Shown here one piece after another: positions 32,133 through 41,581 of a stretch of 64,000 bases of DNA. Both the position numbers and the translations under genes were made by a program. Position 1 is the stretch's first letter, and each line of letters starts with the position of its first letter. The stretch lies in NCBI GenBank assembly GCA_046757685.1, contig JBHHYV010000006.1:283-64282 (forward strand), in the 5' to 3' direction. Origin of the DNA: Myxococcota bacterium (lineage in GTDB: Bacteria > Myxococcota_A > UBA9160 > SZUA-336). The notes beneath the pieces are model-generated. The model was not told the DNA's origin and did no database searches. It was given only the letters and a program-made list of their open reading frames with translations.

Positions 32133-32996
32133 TCAGGACCCACGCCGGCGGGCGGGAATGCCCCGCTCGAGCCAGTTCCGGACCTCGAGGGTCCGCAGGT
32201 CGGCGTCGAGAACGTCCCGTCCGAGGCCCGCGGCCGCGGCAAGGCGGAGGTCGCTCCCATCCCGCTGCAGCCGCTCCAGCGTGGCGATCCACTCGCGCGC
32301 GGCGCCGAGGTCCGAGAAGGTTCCCTGCCGCACCAGCTCGTCGGCTCGCAACGCCGCCAGGCTGGCGATCTCGTGCAGATCGTACTCGGGGTGGTACTGG
32401 ACGGCCCAGAACGATCCGCCCTCGAACTCGACCTCGAGCGCCTGCACGGAGCTGAATGCGTTGGAGGCGAGCAGGGTCGACCCCGGGGGCAGCGTGACCA
32501 CCTCGTCGGCGTGGCTCGTCAGGCTGTCGAAGACCCTGGGCTTGCCGCAGTAGAGGGGGTGGCGCTCGCCCTCGGCGGTGAGCGTGATCGCGCGCCCGAC
32601 TCCGAACTCGCGCCCGCGGGGGCTGGCGCGGCAGGCGCCCCCGGCCGCGACGACCGCCAGCTGGGCGGCGAAGCAGCTGCCAAAGCTCGGCACGTGCGCC
32701 CGGAGCAGGGCCCGCGCGAGCTCGACCTGGCGCCGCACGCGGGGATCGTCGTCCTCGTGGATCGTCAGGCTCGAGCCTGTCCACACCGCCCCGTCGTAGT
32801 CAGCGAGCGACGCTCCCGAGGGCACACCCGCGCCGGGATCGGCGGGACAGTGGAGGTCGATCCGGACACCCGGCGAGAGGCGGCGGAGGAGCGCCGCATA
32901 GAGGGGCCCCGCTCGTGTCCCTCCCGCCTCCTCGAGGCGAGCCCGGTCTTCGCGAGGGTAGGCATCGAGCACCAGCAGCCGAAGTCCCTCGCGCAC
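32133..32996 (-). CDS. class I glutamine amidotransferase-like protein
   Basis: VPSFGSCFAAQLAVVAAGG (nucleophile-elbow Cys) and WAVQYHPEY (His/Glu region) are typical of the GATase1 fold. Confidence 0.7.
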   Translation of the reverse strand: MREGLRLLVLDAYPREDRARLEEAGGTRAGPLYAALLRRLSPGVRIDLHCPADPGAGVPSGASLADYDGAVWTGSSLTIHEDDDPRVRRQVELARALLRAHVPSFGSCFAAQLAVVAAGGACRASPRGREFGVGRAITLTAEGERHPLYCGKPRVFDSLTSHADEVVTLPPGSTLLASNAFSSVQALEVEFEGGSFWAVQYHPEYDLHEIASLAALRADELVRQGTFSDLGAAREWIATLERLQRDGSDLRLAAAAGLGRDVLDADLRTLEVRNWLERGIPARRRGS

Positions 32997-33024
32997 GCGG
33001 CTCCCGGGCCCGCCTTCCTGGCCG

Positions 33025-33933
33025 CTAGGGGTGGGGACGCCGGCCAGGGCCGCGGGGCTCCACGGGCGAGGCGTCCGAGAGCGCGAGCGGGCGCTCGCCC
33101 TGCACCGTCACGCGGTGCATCACCCGCTCGAAGCGCTGGTAGTCGTCCATCGCGTAGTGCTGCAGCGAGCGGTTGTCCCAGATCGCGAGCGAGCCTGGCT
33201 TCCAGCGGAAGCGGCAGCTCAGGTCCGGCCGCGAGACGTGCGCGTAGAGGAAGCCCAGCAGCACCTCGCTCTCGCGCGGCTCGAGGCCGATGATCCGCTG
33301 GGTGAACATCGCGTTCACGTACAGGCTGCGGCGTCCCGTGTCCGGGTGCACCCGCACGACCGGGTGCTCGACCTCGGCGTTCACCGCGTCGCTGTAGCGG
33401 TAGTGGAGCGGCGCCTCGCCCCGGTACTTCTCCCATCCCGTGAGCGCGGGATCGTAGGCGCGCGAGGCGGAGTGCACCGCCCGGAGCGGGTCGAGCAGCG
33501 CGCGCATCGGAGCCGAGAGCGCGAGGTAGGCCTTCTCCATCGAGGCAAAGAGCGTGTCGCCGCCGTAGGGCGGAATCGTCACGCCGTAGAGGAGGGTCAG
33601 GCTGGTGGGTCGCTCGAAGAAGGAGTTGTCACTGTGCCATCCCGTTCCAAAGCAGGCGGATTCCCCTGCGGGCTTGAGGACCCGCACCAGCTCCGGAACC
33701 CCCTCCATGCCCTCGACGATCGGATGCACGTCGGGGGTGCCGAAGCGCCGGGCCAGGGCAACCTGGTCGCGAGGCTCGAGCTTCTGGTCCCGAAAGAAGA
33801 GCACCCCGTGCTCGTGAAGCGCCTGGCGGACCCGCGCGAAGCCGGCGGCGTCGAGCTGCGCCAGATCCACGTCCCGAATCTCCGCGCCGAGCGCGCCCGA
33901 GACGGGTCGAAGATCGAAGGGGGTACGCGACAT
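33025..33933 (-). CDS. TauD/TfdA-family Fe(II)/2-oxoglutarate dioxygenase
   Basis: LGAEIRDVDL...HGVLFFRDQ...WHSDNSF...PYGGDTLFAS...HRV, with the HxD...H facial triad pattern. Confidence 0.85.
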   Translation of the reverse strand: MSRTPFDLRPVSGALGAEIRDVDLAQLDAAGFARVRQALHEHGVLFFRDQKLEPRDQVALARRFGTPDVHPIVEGMEGVPELVRVLKPAGESACFGTGWHSDNSFFERPTSLTLLYGVTIPPYGGDTLFASMEKAYLALSAPMRALLDPLRAVHSASRAYDPALTGWEKYRGEAPLHYRYSDAVNAEVEHPVVRVHPDTGRRSLYVNAMFTQRIIGLEPRESEVLLGFLYAHVSRPDLSCRFRWKPGSLAIWDNRSLQHYAMDDYQRFERVMHRVTVQGERPLALSDASPVEPRGPGRRPHP

Positions 33934-34060
33934 CGAGGCCTCCGCTGCGCGATGATAGCACCGCGTTCCCAGGGTCCGGCGAAGCTCCCCGAGACACGGA
34001 GCCGGCTTCGCGGACGTCCGGCGCGCTCTGTCGCGATGCGATGGGATGGGAGGATCTTCG

Positions 34061-34432
34061 ATGGTCGTGCTCTCCTTCTGCCTCCACAGGCTGCCTCAGC
34101 TCTCCCGCGAGGAGTTCCAGCGCTACTGGCGAGAGGAGCACGCGCCTCTCGTGGCGCGCCACAGCAAGGTGCTCCGGATCGAGCGCTACGTGCAGCTCCA
34201 TAGCGTCGAGCCGTCGCTGAACGAGGCCTTTCGGGTGGGCCGGGGAGGACCCGAGGAGTACGACGGGATCGCGCAGCTCTGGTGGTCGAGCGTCGAGGAC
34301 CTGGTGCAGGCCACTGCCAGCGACGAGGGCCGTCGGGCGGGTGAGGAGCTGCTCGCCGACGAGCGCCGCTTCATCGACCTGGCCCGCTCGCCGCTCTGGC
34401 TCTCGCGGGAGCACCCGGTCGTCGGCGGCTAG
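34061..34432 (+). CDS. EthD-domain protein
   Basis: MVVLSFCLHRLPQLSREEFQRYWREEHAPLV... is a typical EthD N-terminus. Start taken at the internal ATG. Confidence 0.6.
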   Translation: MVVLSFCLHRLPQLSREEFQRYWREEHAPLVARHSKVLRIERYVQLHSVEPSLNEAFRVGRGGPEEYDGIAQLWWSSVEDLVQATASDEGRRAGEELLADERRFIDLARSPLWLSREHPVVGG

Positions 34433-34460
34433 GGGAGTCCTGGCCGGGCTCGCCGCGGGG

Positions 34461-35363
34461 TCAGTCCAGGTCGCGCCCGTCCATGCCTGCGTTCTTGCGC
34501 GCGCGCTTGACCAGGTCCGTGACGATGGGGCCGAGCGCCGTCGGATCCTCGACCGGGTCGACGGAAGGCCCGCGATGCCAGCTCTCGGCGACGGCGAGCA
34601 TCCGCCCCGAGGCCTCGAAGACTCGTCCCGTCACGTCGCGCGACTCGCAGCTGGCGAGCCACGTGCAGATGGGCGCGATCCAGCGCGGGTGCATTGCGGC
34701 CTTGTCCTCCTGGCTCGCCTGGCCCATGCCCAGGTCCTCGGTCAGCCGGGTCAGGGCGCCGGGTGCGATCGCGTTGACGGTCACGCCGTAGCGACCCAGC
34801 TCACGCGCGGCGATGATCGTGAAGCCCGCGATTCCCATCTTGGCGGCGCCATAGTTGGTCTGCCCGGGGTTGCCGTAGATCCCCGAGACCGAGGTGGTGT
34901 TGATCAGGCGGGCGTCGACCGGCTGGCCGGCCTTGGAGCGCTGGCGCCAGTAGGCGGCGGCATGCCGCGAGGGGGCGAAGGTCCCCTTCAGGTGCACGCG
35001 GATCACGGCGTCCCACTCCGCCTCCTCCATGTTCACCAGCATCCGGTCGCGCAGGATGCCGGCGTTGTTCACCAGCACGTCGAGACCGCCAAAGTGATCG
35101 ATCGCCTGGTCGATCATCCGCTTGGCACCGTCCCAGTCGCTGACGTCGTCGGTGTTCGCGACCGCCTGGCCGCCGCGGCTCTGGATCTCGGAGACGACCT
35201 CTTCGGCCGGACCCCGATCGGCTCCGGTGCCGTCGCGCGCTCCTCCCAGGTCGTTGACCACGACCTTCGCGCCGTGGTCGGCGAGCATCAGGGCGTGCTC
35301 ACGACCGATCCCGCGACCGGCTCCCGTCACGATACAGACGCGATCTTCGCAGAAGTGGCTCAT
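34461..35363 (-). CDS. short-chain dehydrogenase/reductase (SDR)
   Basis: VCIVTGAGRGIGRE (TGxxxGxG), NNAG, and Y...K in GNPGQTNYGAAK. Confidence 0.85.
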   Translation of the reverse strand: MSHFCEDRVCIVTGAGRGIGREHALMLADHGAKVVVNDLGGARDGTGADRGPAEEVVSEIQSRGGQAVANTDDVSDWDGAKRMIDQAIDHFGGLDVLVNNAGILRDRMLVNMEEAEWDAVIRVHLKGTFAPSRHAAAYWRQRSKAGQPVDARLINTTSVSGIYGNPGQTNYGAAKMGIAGFTIIAARELGRYGVTVNAIAPGALTRLTEDLGMGQASQEDKAAMHPRWIAPICTWLASCESRDVTGRVFEASGRMLAVAESWHRGPSVDPVEDPTALGPIVTDLVKRARKNAGMDGRDLD

Positions 35364-35522
35364 CGCAATGCCTCCTACGAGCTCCCCGCTCTGGCACATT
35401 GTACGCCGGGCGCCCTTCCCGCGGCGAGCGCGGCCCGCGATCGCCCCGGTCCCTTCGGGGGGGATGGACTCGCGGCCGGCCGGCGATTACGCTGCCCGGC
35501 CAGCGGGGCCGGAGGAGCAGGG

Positions 35523-36401
35523 ATGCAGCTGGGTGAGCTCGGGGTCTGGTTCTTCACCGAGACGATGACGGCGGCTCGGGCGGCGGAGTTCGCCCAGCGC
35601 CTCGAGCGCCTGGGCTACTCGGCGCTCTGGCTTCCCGAGACGACGGGTCGCAACCCCTTCGCGCACGCCGCGTGGCTGTTCTCGCAGACCGAGCGGCTGA
35701 TCGTCGCGACGGGGATCGCCAACATCTACCATCGGCACCCCGCCATGACGGCCCAGTCGCAGAAGACCCTGGCCGAGCAGTCCGGGGGGCGCTTCCTGCT
35801 CGGGCTGGGCGTCTCGCACGCGCCGCTGGTCGAGGGGCTGCGCAAGCTCGAGTACGGCAAGCCCGTGGCGACCATGCGCCGCTACCTGGAGGCGATGGCC
35901 GAGGCGCCCTACAGCGCCGTCGCGCCGGCCGAAGACCCTCCCACGGTGATCGCCGCGCTTGGCCCGAAGATGCTCGCGCTGGCGGCCGAGAGGACCCAGG
36001 GCGCACATCCCTACTGGACCACGCCCGAGCACACCGCCCGCGCGCGCGAGATCCTGGGGCCGGAGCGCTGGCTCTGCGTCGAGCAGAAGGTCGTGATGAC
36101 GTCCGATGCCCCGCTGGCGCGTCGGGCGGGGCGCGCCCAGCTGGCGATCTATGCGGGGCTTCCGAACTACCGCAACAACTGGAAGCGGCTCGGCTTCAGC
36201 GACGAGGATCTCGACGGAGGCGGCAGCGATCGGCTGATCGATGCGCTCGTCGCCTGGGGAGACGAGACTGCCATCGCAAAGCGGATCCAGGAGCACCGCG
36301 ATGCCGGCGCGAGCCACGTCTGTATCCAGCCCATCCAGCCCGATGGGCCTCTGGGGGAGCCCGATTGGCGAGCGCTCGAGGCGCTCGCTCCCGGCCGCTA
36401 G
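35523..36401 (+). CDS. LLM-class (luciferase-like) F420-dependent oxidoreductase candidate
   Basis: MQLGELGVWFFTETMTAARAAEFAQRLERLGYSALWLPE...GRFLLGLGVSH is typical of the luciferase-like monooxygenase family. Start taken at the internal ATG of track ORF 34341..36401. Confidence 0.8.
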   Translation: MQLGELGVWFFTETMTAARAAEFAQRLERLGYSALWLPETTGRNPFAHAAWLFSQTERLIVATGIANIYHRHPAMTAQSQKTLAEQSGGRFLLGLGVSHAPLVEGLRKLEYGKPVATMRRYLEAMAEAPYSAVAPAEDPPTVIAALGPKMLALAAERTQGAHPYWTTPEHTARAREILGPERWLCVEQKVVMTSDAPLARRAGRAQLAIYAGLPNYRNNWKRLGFSDEDLDGGGSDRLIDALVAWGDETAIAKRIQEHRDAGASHVCIQPIQPDGPLGEPDWRALEALAPGR

Positions 36402-36423
36402 GAGAAGGAGGGGGATCCCAGAG

Positions 36424-36903
36424 ATGCATGCGGAAGCTCGGTCCCGGGACATCGCTTCGAGGCGCGCCTCCAGGGGGCCCACCCTCTCGAGTCTCGCGCT
36501 GGCGGCGGCGCTGCTCGCGCTCTCTCCCGGGCCGGCATCCGCCGATGCCTGGCGGCGCGACGCGTCGGGAATCTGCGAGCGGACCTGGACCGCGGGCTCC
36601 CTCCTGCGCGGTCCCACGGCCATCGCGAACGGGATCGTTCTCCCCCTCCGCTCCCTGGTCGGAAGCCTGCTCGGGGGCCCGGCCGCTCTGGCGACGAGCC
36701 CCATCGGCATGGCGATCGGGACCGGCGAGGGGATCGCGTGGGTCCTGGTGGGATCGCTCGAGACCGTGACCGGGGGCACGCTGGGCGTGACTCCCGAGAC
36801 GGCCACGAAGCTGCGGCTCTCTCCCGTGCTGCAGCTTCCCTTTGGCGCGCGCAGCGACTCGACGCGCGTCGCATCCCGCCCCATCGGGTGCGGCGACGGC
36901 TGA
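36424..36903 (+). CDS. hypothetical secreted Gly/Ala-rich protein
   Basis: Signal peptide ...LALSPGPASADA. No recognisable domain. Codon usage is consistent with the neighbouring genes. Confidence 0.4.
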   Translation: MHAEARSRDIASRRASRGPTLSSLALAAALLALSPGPASADAWRRDASGICERTWTAGSLLRGPTAIANGIVLPLRSLVGSLLGGPAALATSPIGMAIGTGEGIAWVLVGSLETVTGGTLGVTPETATKLRLSPVLQLPFGARSDSTRVASRPIGCGDG

Positions 36904-38083
36904 CCGACCCGAGTCCGTAGACGCGCGTCTGACCGCTGCGGCCCCCGGTCGTCGCCCGCTGGTCCTCGTGTGTGCGACGGCGTTCCTGCTGATGCTCGGG
37001 CTCGGCGTGCTCTTTCCGGTGCTCCCCTTCTACGTGCGCTGGCTCCGGCTCTCGGAGTTCCAGGCGGGCCTGCTGATCGCCTGCTATGCCGGGATGTCGG
37101 TGCTGACGGCACCGCTGTGGGGCCGCTTCTCGCAGCGATTCGGTCGCAAGCCAGCGATCCTGATCGGGCTCATCGGGTTCTCGGTGGGATTCGGGCTCTT
37201 CTCGATCGGCTCGACCTTTGCCGAGCTGCTCGGCGCGCGCATCCTCGGAGGCTTCTTCGCGGCGGCCGCGATGCCCGCGATCTTCGCCTACGCCGCCGAC
37301 GTCTCCCGGCCGGAGTCGCGGGCGCAGGCGATGGGGGCGGTGGGGGCATCGATCGGTCTGGGGGTTCTCGTCGGTCCCGTGATCGGCGGGCTGCTCTCGC
37401 CGCTGGGACTGCGCGTTCCCTTCATGGCCTCGTCGGCGATCGGCGCCTTCGCCGCCGTCGCAGTGGCCTTCGGGCTTCCCGAGAGCCGGGTGAGCTCTCG
37501 GGATCGGGCCGAGCCGGGGCGCTCCATGCAGGTCGCGCGGCGGCTCGCTCCCTACCTGCTCGTCGCGTTCGGGCTGCAGACCGCGCGCATGGCTCTCGAG
37601 AGCACGATCGGCTTCGTCGCCGGCGATCGCGTGGGTGCGAACGCGCGCGACGTGGGGCTGCTGCTCGGCGCTCTGGGCGTCATCGCCGTCGCGGTCCAGG
37701 GGGGAATCCGCCCGCTCTCCGCCCGCTTCGGGGATCGACGCCTGCTGCTCACGGGAATCGTGCTCGGCGCGATCGGGCTCGTGGGCATTGGACGCGCGAC
37801 CTCGTGGCCGGCCTTCTATGCGACCGGGGGAGTGCTCTCGTTCGGGTTCGCGCTGGTGCTGCCCTCGTTCAACGCGATCCTGAGCCGTGCGGCCGAGGAT
37901 GTGCAGGGAGAGGCGCAGGGTCTCAAGAGCAGCGCGGAGTCCCTGGGGCGCGTGGTGGGGCCGCTCGTATTCACGGCCGGCTACCAGGCCGTAGGGGCGC
38001 CGCTTCCCTTTGCGGGCGCCGGAGCCCTGTGCCTGCTGGCCGGGATCCTGGCGTTCGCGGCCGTCGGACGCCGCGAGGGCTGA
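36842..38083 (+). CDS. MFS transporter
   Basis: About 12 TM helices, with FLLMLGLGVLFPVLPFY and the loop 2-3 motif GRFSQRFGRKP. The true start is probably downstream of 36903 (uncertain). Confidence 0.75.
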   Translation: MARAATRRASHPAPSGAATADRPESVDARLTAAAPGRRPLVLVCATAFLLMLGLGVLFPVLPFYVRWLRLSEFQAGLLIACYAGMSVLTAPLWGRFSQRFGRKPAILIGLIGFSVGFGLFSIGSTFAELLGARILGGFFAAAAMPAIFAYAADVSRPESRAQAMGAVGASIGLGVLVGPVIGGLLSPLGLRVPFMASSAIGAFAAVAVAFGLPESRVSSRDRAEPGRSMQVARRLAPYLLVAFGLQTARMALESTIGFVAGDRVGANARDVGLLLGALGVIAVAVQGGIRPLSARFGDRRLLLTGIVLGAIGLVGIGRATSWPAFYATGGVLSFGFALVLPSFNAILSRAAEDVQGEAQGLKSSAESLGRVVGPLVFTAGYQAVGAPLPFAGAGALCLLAGILAFAAVGRREG

Positions 38084-38101
38084 CCCGCGGCGAGCGCCGG
38101 C

Positions 38102-40573
38102 TCAGTAGAGGATCTGCTCGCGCTCGAGCGCGGCGATCTCGTCGAGCGAGTAGCCCAGCAGGTCCCGCAGGATCTCGACGCTGTCGGCACCGAGCAACGG
38201 GGCCGGGGCGCGCACGCCGTTGGGGCCGCGGGCGAGGAGCCACGGGATGCCCGCGTGGGTCCGCACGCCCACCTCAGGATGGTCGAGCCGGGTCAGGAAG
38301 CCCCGCGCCTCGAGCTGGGGATCCCGGCTCAGGTCCAGCGTCGTGAGCGAGGGGAACGCGGCGACCCCGGCCGCCTGCAGCCTGTGCGTCGCCTCCCAGC
38401 GGTCTTGCGTTCGGGTCCACTGGGTGATCTGGCGCTCGATCTCGTCCTCGTGCGCCTTGCGCGAGGCGGCGCTGGCAAAGCGCTCGTCGCGCCCGAGCGC
38501 GGGATCGATGACGTCGCAGAGGGCCGACCACTCCGCATTGCTGGCGCAGGCGATCGAGATCCAGGTGTCGTCTCCCCGGCAGGGGAAGCAGTCGTGGGGA
38601 GCCATCCAGGGGTCCCGGTTCCCCACGCGCTCGGGCTCGCGGCCGTTGATCGCGAACTCCATCCAGCCCTCGGCCACCAGCGCCGCGCTGGCCTCCCAGA
38701 GCGACACATCGATGTACTCGCCCCTGCCGGTGCGCTCGCGGGCCACGAGCGCGGCGCAGATCGCCATTGCCGCAGTGATGCCTGCCGTGGGATCGCCGAG
38801 CGAGATCCCGAGCTCCCTGGGCTCGCCGCCCCGGTAGCCGGTCAGGGACGAGAGACCGCAGAGCGGTCCGATCGCCGGACCGTACGCCATGTAGTCGCGG
38901 CTGGGGCCCGTCTGGCCGTAGCCCGAGATCGATGCCGCGATCAGATCGGGCCGCAGCGCGCGTAGCGCCGGGTAGCCCAGACCGAGCCGCTCCATCACGC
39001 CGGTTGCGAAGTTGTCGACGACCACGTCACAGCGGGCGATCAGCCGCTTGGCGACCTCGACGGCGCCGGGCTGCCCGAGGTTGAGCCGAAGGCTCCGCTT
39101 GCCTTGGTTCCACTGGTTGAAGTAGCCCGAGGCATTGAGCGATGGCTCCACATCGGGAGCGAAGATCGGCAGGCGCCTCCCCAGGTCGGGCCGCGCGTAC
39201 GACTCGATCTTGATGACGTCCGCCCCCAAGTGGGCGAGCTGCATGGCGCAGAAGGGGCCGGCCCAGACCCAGGAGAGGTCGGCCACGCGCACTCCCTCCA
39301 GCGGCCGCCCGGAGAGCGGCGGTCGCGAGGTCGCTCGCCGCCCTGCGGCTGCCGCTGGGGGTCGAGGGTCCGCGGCGGGTGCGACTGCGGTAGAGGGGGG
39401 CGGCCGGGGCGGGCTCTCCGAGGGCTCGAGCTCTCGCAGCTTCGCGTCGTGCTCGCCCAGCCGGGGCGCGGGAGCCCGGATCCGCCAGGCTCCGTTCGAC
39501 AGTCGATAGGGCGCCCCCGGATGCGTGACCGTTCCCGCGACGGGGTGATCCACGGGCACGAAGAAGCCGCGCTCCGCCAAGTGCCGCTGCACTGCGAGAT
39601 CGGCCATCCCGAACACCGGCGCGAAGCAGATGCGGCGCTTCTGGCCCTCGCGATAGAGGTCGTCGACCTTCCAGCGCCCGATCCACTCCTGCACGAAGGT
39701 CTCCAGCAGGTCTGCGTTCTCGAGGCGTCCGCCGAAGTCCCGGAAGACCTCGAGCTCGGACCAGTCGGGATGCCCCATCAGGTCGACCAGCCGCTCCCAC
39801 TGGTCCTGCTCGATCGTGCACAGGAAGATCAGGCCGTCCTGGCAGCGGAAGATCCGCCAGGGGTTCAGGGCGCGCCGCCCGAGCCGCGTCGGAACCAGCC
39901 CGGCGTAGGTCGTCGTGACGAGGGCCGCCTCGAGGAGAGAGGCGATGACGGCCTGGTTCGACAGGTCGATCTGCTCTCCGACCCCGGTGCGGCGCGCCCG
40001 CAGGTAGGCCGCCAGCGCCGCCATCGCCCCGGTGAGCCCACTCTGGAAGTCCGCCTGGTGGCCGTAGGCCTTCAGCGGCGGGCTGTCGACCTCCTCCGAG
40101 GCGCCTGGCGTCAGGTACGCCCAGCCGCCGGCGTTCGTCGTCGTGAGCTCCTCGGCCCGGTAGTCGCGATAGGGTCCCGTCCTCCCGAAGGGCGTGATCG
40201 AGCACACGACCAGCTCGGGGCGCAGCCGCCAGAGCGCCGGGCCATCGAGACGCAAGGCATCGGCGCGGGCGGGCGGCAGGTTATGGACCAGGATGTCGCT
40301 GCGCTCGATCCAGCGGTCGAGCGTCTCGCGATCCTCGCGCGCGTCGAGATCGAGGGTCACTCCCCGCTTGTTGGTGTTCAGGTAGAGGAAGAGCCCGCTC
40401 TGCTCGGGGTCCGGCGTGCCCCCCGGAAAGGGCCCGCGGCGACGCGCGCGCTCGCCCTGCGGAGGCTCGACCTTGACCACGCTCGCTCCAAGGTCGGCCA
40501 TCAGCTTGGTCGCATAGGCCGCCGAGACCAGCTCGCCCAGCTCCAGCACGCGCACACCCTCGAGGCCGCTCAT
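38102..40573 (-). CDS. tandem fusion of two family III (CaiB/BaiF) CoA-transferase domains
   Basis: Two complete copies of the family N-terminus, LEGVRVLELGELVSAAYATKLMADLGASVVKVE and LEGVRVADLSWVWAGPFCAMQLAHLGADVIKIE. They are joined by a Pro/Ala-rich linker (EPSESPPRPPPSTAVAPAADPRPPAAAAG). Confidence 0.85.
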   Translation of the reverse strand: MSGLEGVRVLELGELVSAAYATKLMADLGASVVKVEPPQGERARRRGPFPGGTPDPEQSGLFLYLNTNKRGVTLDLDAREDRETLDRWIERSDILVHNLPPARADALRLDGPALWRLRPELVVCSITPFGRTGPYRDYRAEELTTTNAGGWAYLTPGASEEVDSPPLKAYGHQADFQSGLTGAMAALAAYLRARRTGVGEQIDLSNQAVIASLLEAALVTTTYAGLVPTRLGRRALNPWRIFRCQDGLIFLCTIEQDQWERLVDLMGHPDWSELEVFRDFGGRLENADLLETFVQEWIGRWKVDDLYREGQKRRICFAPVFGMADLAVQRHLAERGFFVPVDHPVAGTVTHPGAPYRLSNGAWRIRAPAPRLGEHDAKLRELEPSESPPRPPPSTAVAPAADPRPPAAAAGRRATSRPPLSGRPLEGVRVADLSWVWAGPFCAMQLAHLGADVIKIESYARPDLGRRLPIFAPDVEPSLNASGYFNQWNQGKRSLRLNLGQPGAVEVAKRLIARCDVVVDNFATGVMERLGLGYPALRALRPDLIAASISGYGQTGPSRDYMAYGPAIGPLCGLSSLTGYRGGEPRELGISLGDPTAGITAAMAICAALVARERTGRGEYIDVSLWEASAALVAEGWMEFAINGREPERVGNRDPWMAPHDCFPCRGDDTWISIACASNAEWSALCDVIDPALGRDERFASAASRKAHEDEIERQITQWTRTQDRWEATHRLQAAGVAAFPSLTTLDLSRDPQLEARGFLTRLDHPEVGVRTHAGIPWLLARGPNGVRAPAPLLGADSVEILRDLLGYSLDEIAALEREQILY

Positions 40574-40601
40574 CGCTCGGCTTCCTGCGCCAGGGCCCCG
40601 G

Positions 40602-40823
40602 CTAGCGACCTTCACCGGGCCGGCCGGTGGCCATGCAGGCCATGTCGGCGATCGAGTACTCCTCGGCCAGGTGCTCCCGATCCGCCAGGCGCCGGTCGAG
40701 CACTGCGTGGAGTCCCTCCGCTTCGCTTCGGTAGCGCTGGAGGGGGTACTCGAGCCCCATCTCCTCGAGGGCGATCGAGATCTTCCAGCCGTTGGGGGTC
40801 GGCCAGTAGTACAGGTCGATCAT
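40602..40823 (-). pseudogene. remnant of a YfcG/Nu-class-like glutathione S-transferase (internal deletion and 3' truncation)
   Basis: The N-terminus MIDLYYWPTPNGWKISIALEEMGLEY is joined directly to the C-terminal-domain segment QRYRSEAEGLHAVLDRRLADREHLAEEYSIADMAC. The entire middle of the fold is missing. Confidence 0.6.
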
Positions 40824-40841
40824 GCGCCGGGAACGCCCCGA

Positions 40842-41492
40842 TCAGGCACGCATTCCTCCAGCCTTCGCGATGGGGTGCAGGCTTGCCTCGGCGCTCGCTC
40901 GAGCCCCCACGCGCGCCATCCAGGCGTTCAGGTTCGAGAGCCCGGAGTCGACGGGCTGTCCGACCCCGGCGCCGAAGTCCAGGAACACGTAGAGCAGGAT
41001 GTCGGCCAGGCCGAAGCGATCTCCGGCCAGGAACTCGCTCCCGGCGATCCAGCCGTCGAGCTTGGCCAGGTTCTCGCGCGCGATGGCCTTCAGGTCGTCC
41101 GCGGCCTGCGGAATCACCCGGATCCGCTCCTTGAACATCGCGAGGCCCTCGCCATAGCGAAAGCCCGAGGTCCCCGGCTCCACGATGTTCAGATCGGTAC
41201 GGCGCACCCACATCCGCGTCCGCGCGCGCTCCTCCGGGGTCGCGCCGATCAGCGGGGGATCCGGCTGGAGCTCGTCGAGGTACTCGCAGATCGCGGTGAT
41301 CTCGCAGAGCGACGTACCGTCGTCGAGCTCGAGCGCGGGCAGCTGGCCCATGGGGTTGCGCGCCAGGTAGGCGGGCTTGCGGTTCTCGCCGCCCATGATG
41401 TCCACCTGCTCGATGGGAAGCTCGAGACCCTTCTCGAGCAGGAACATGCGGACCACGCGCGGGTTCGGGCCGAGGCTGTCGTAGAGCTTCAC
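40842..41492 (-). CDS. glutathione S-transferase
   Basis: GTG start. VKLYDSLGPNPRVVRMFLLEKGLELP...NPMGQLPALELDDGTSLCEITAICEYL (thioredoxin-like N-domain) followed by a helical C-domain. Confidence 0.8.
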   Translation of the reverse strand: MKLYDSLGPNPRVVRMFLLEKGLELPIEQVDIMGGENRKPAYLARNPMGQLPALELDDGTSLCEITAICEYLDELQPDPPLIGATPEERARTRMWVRRTDLNIVEPGTSGFRYGEGLAMFKERIRVIPQAADDLKAIARENLAKLDGWIAGSEFLAGDRFGLADILLYVFLDFGAGVGQPVDSGLSNLNAWMARVGARASAEASLHPIAKAGGMRA

Positions 41493-41581
41493 GGGGAATC
41501 CCCTTGCTCGAGGGCTTGGCGCGAGCAGCCGCCCGGCTGCCCGGGCCATTCTAGACGCGCTCGGCGGACCCGTGGGTGTGG

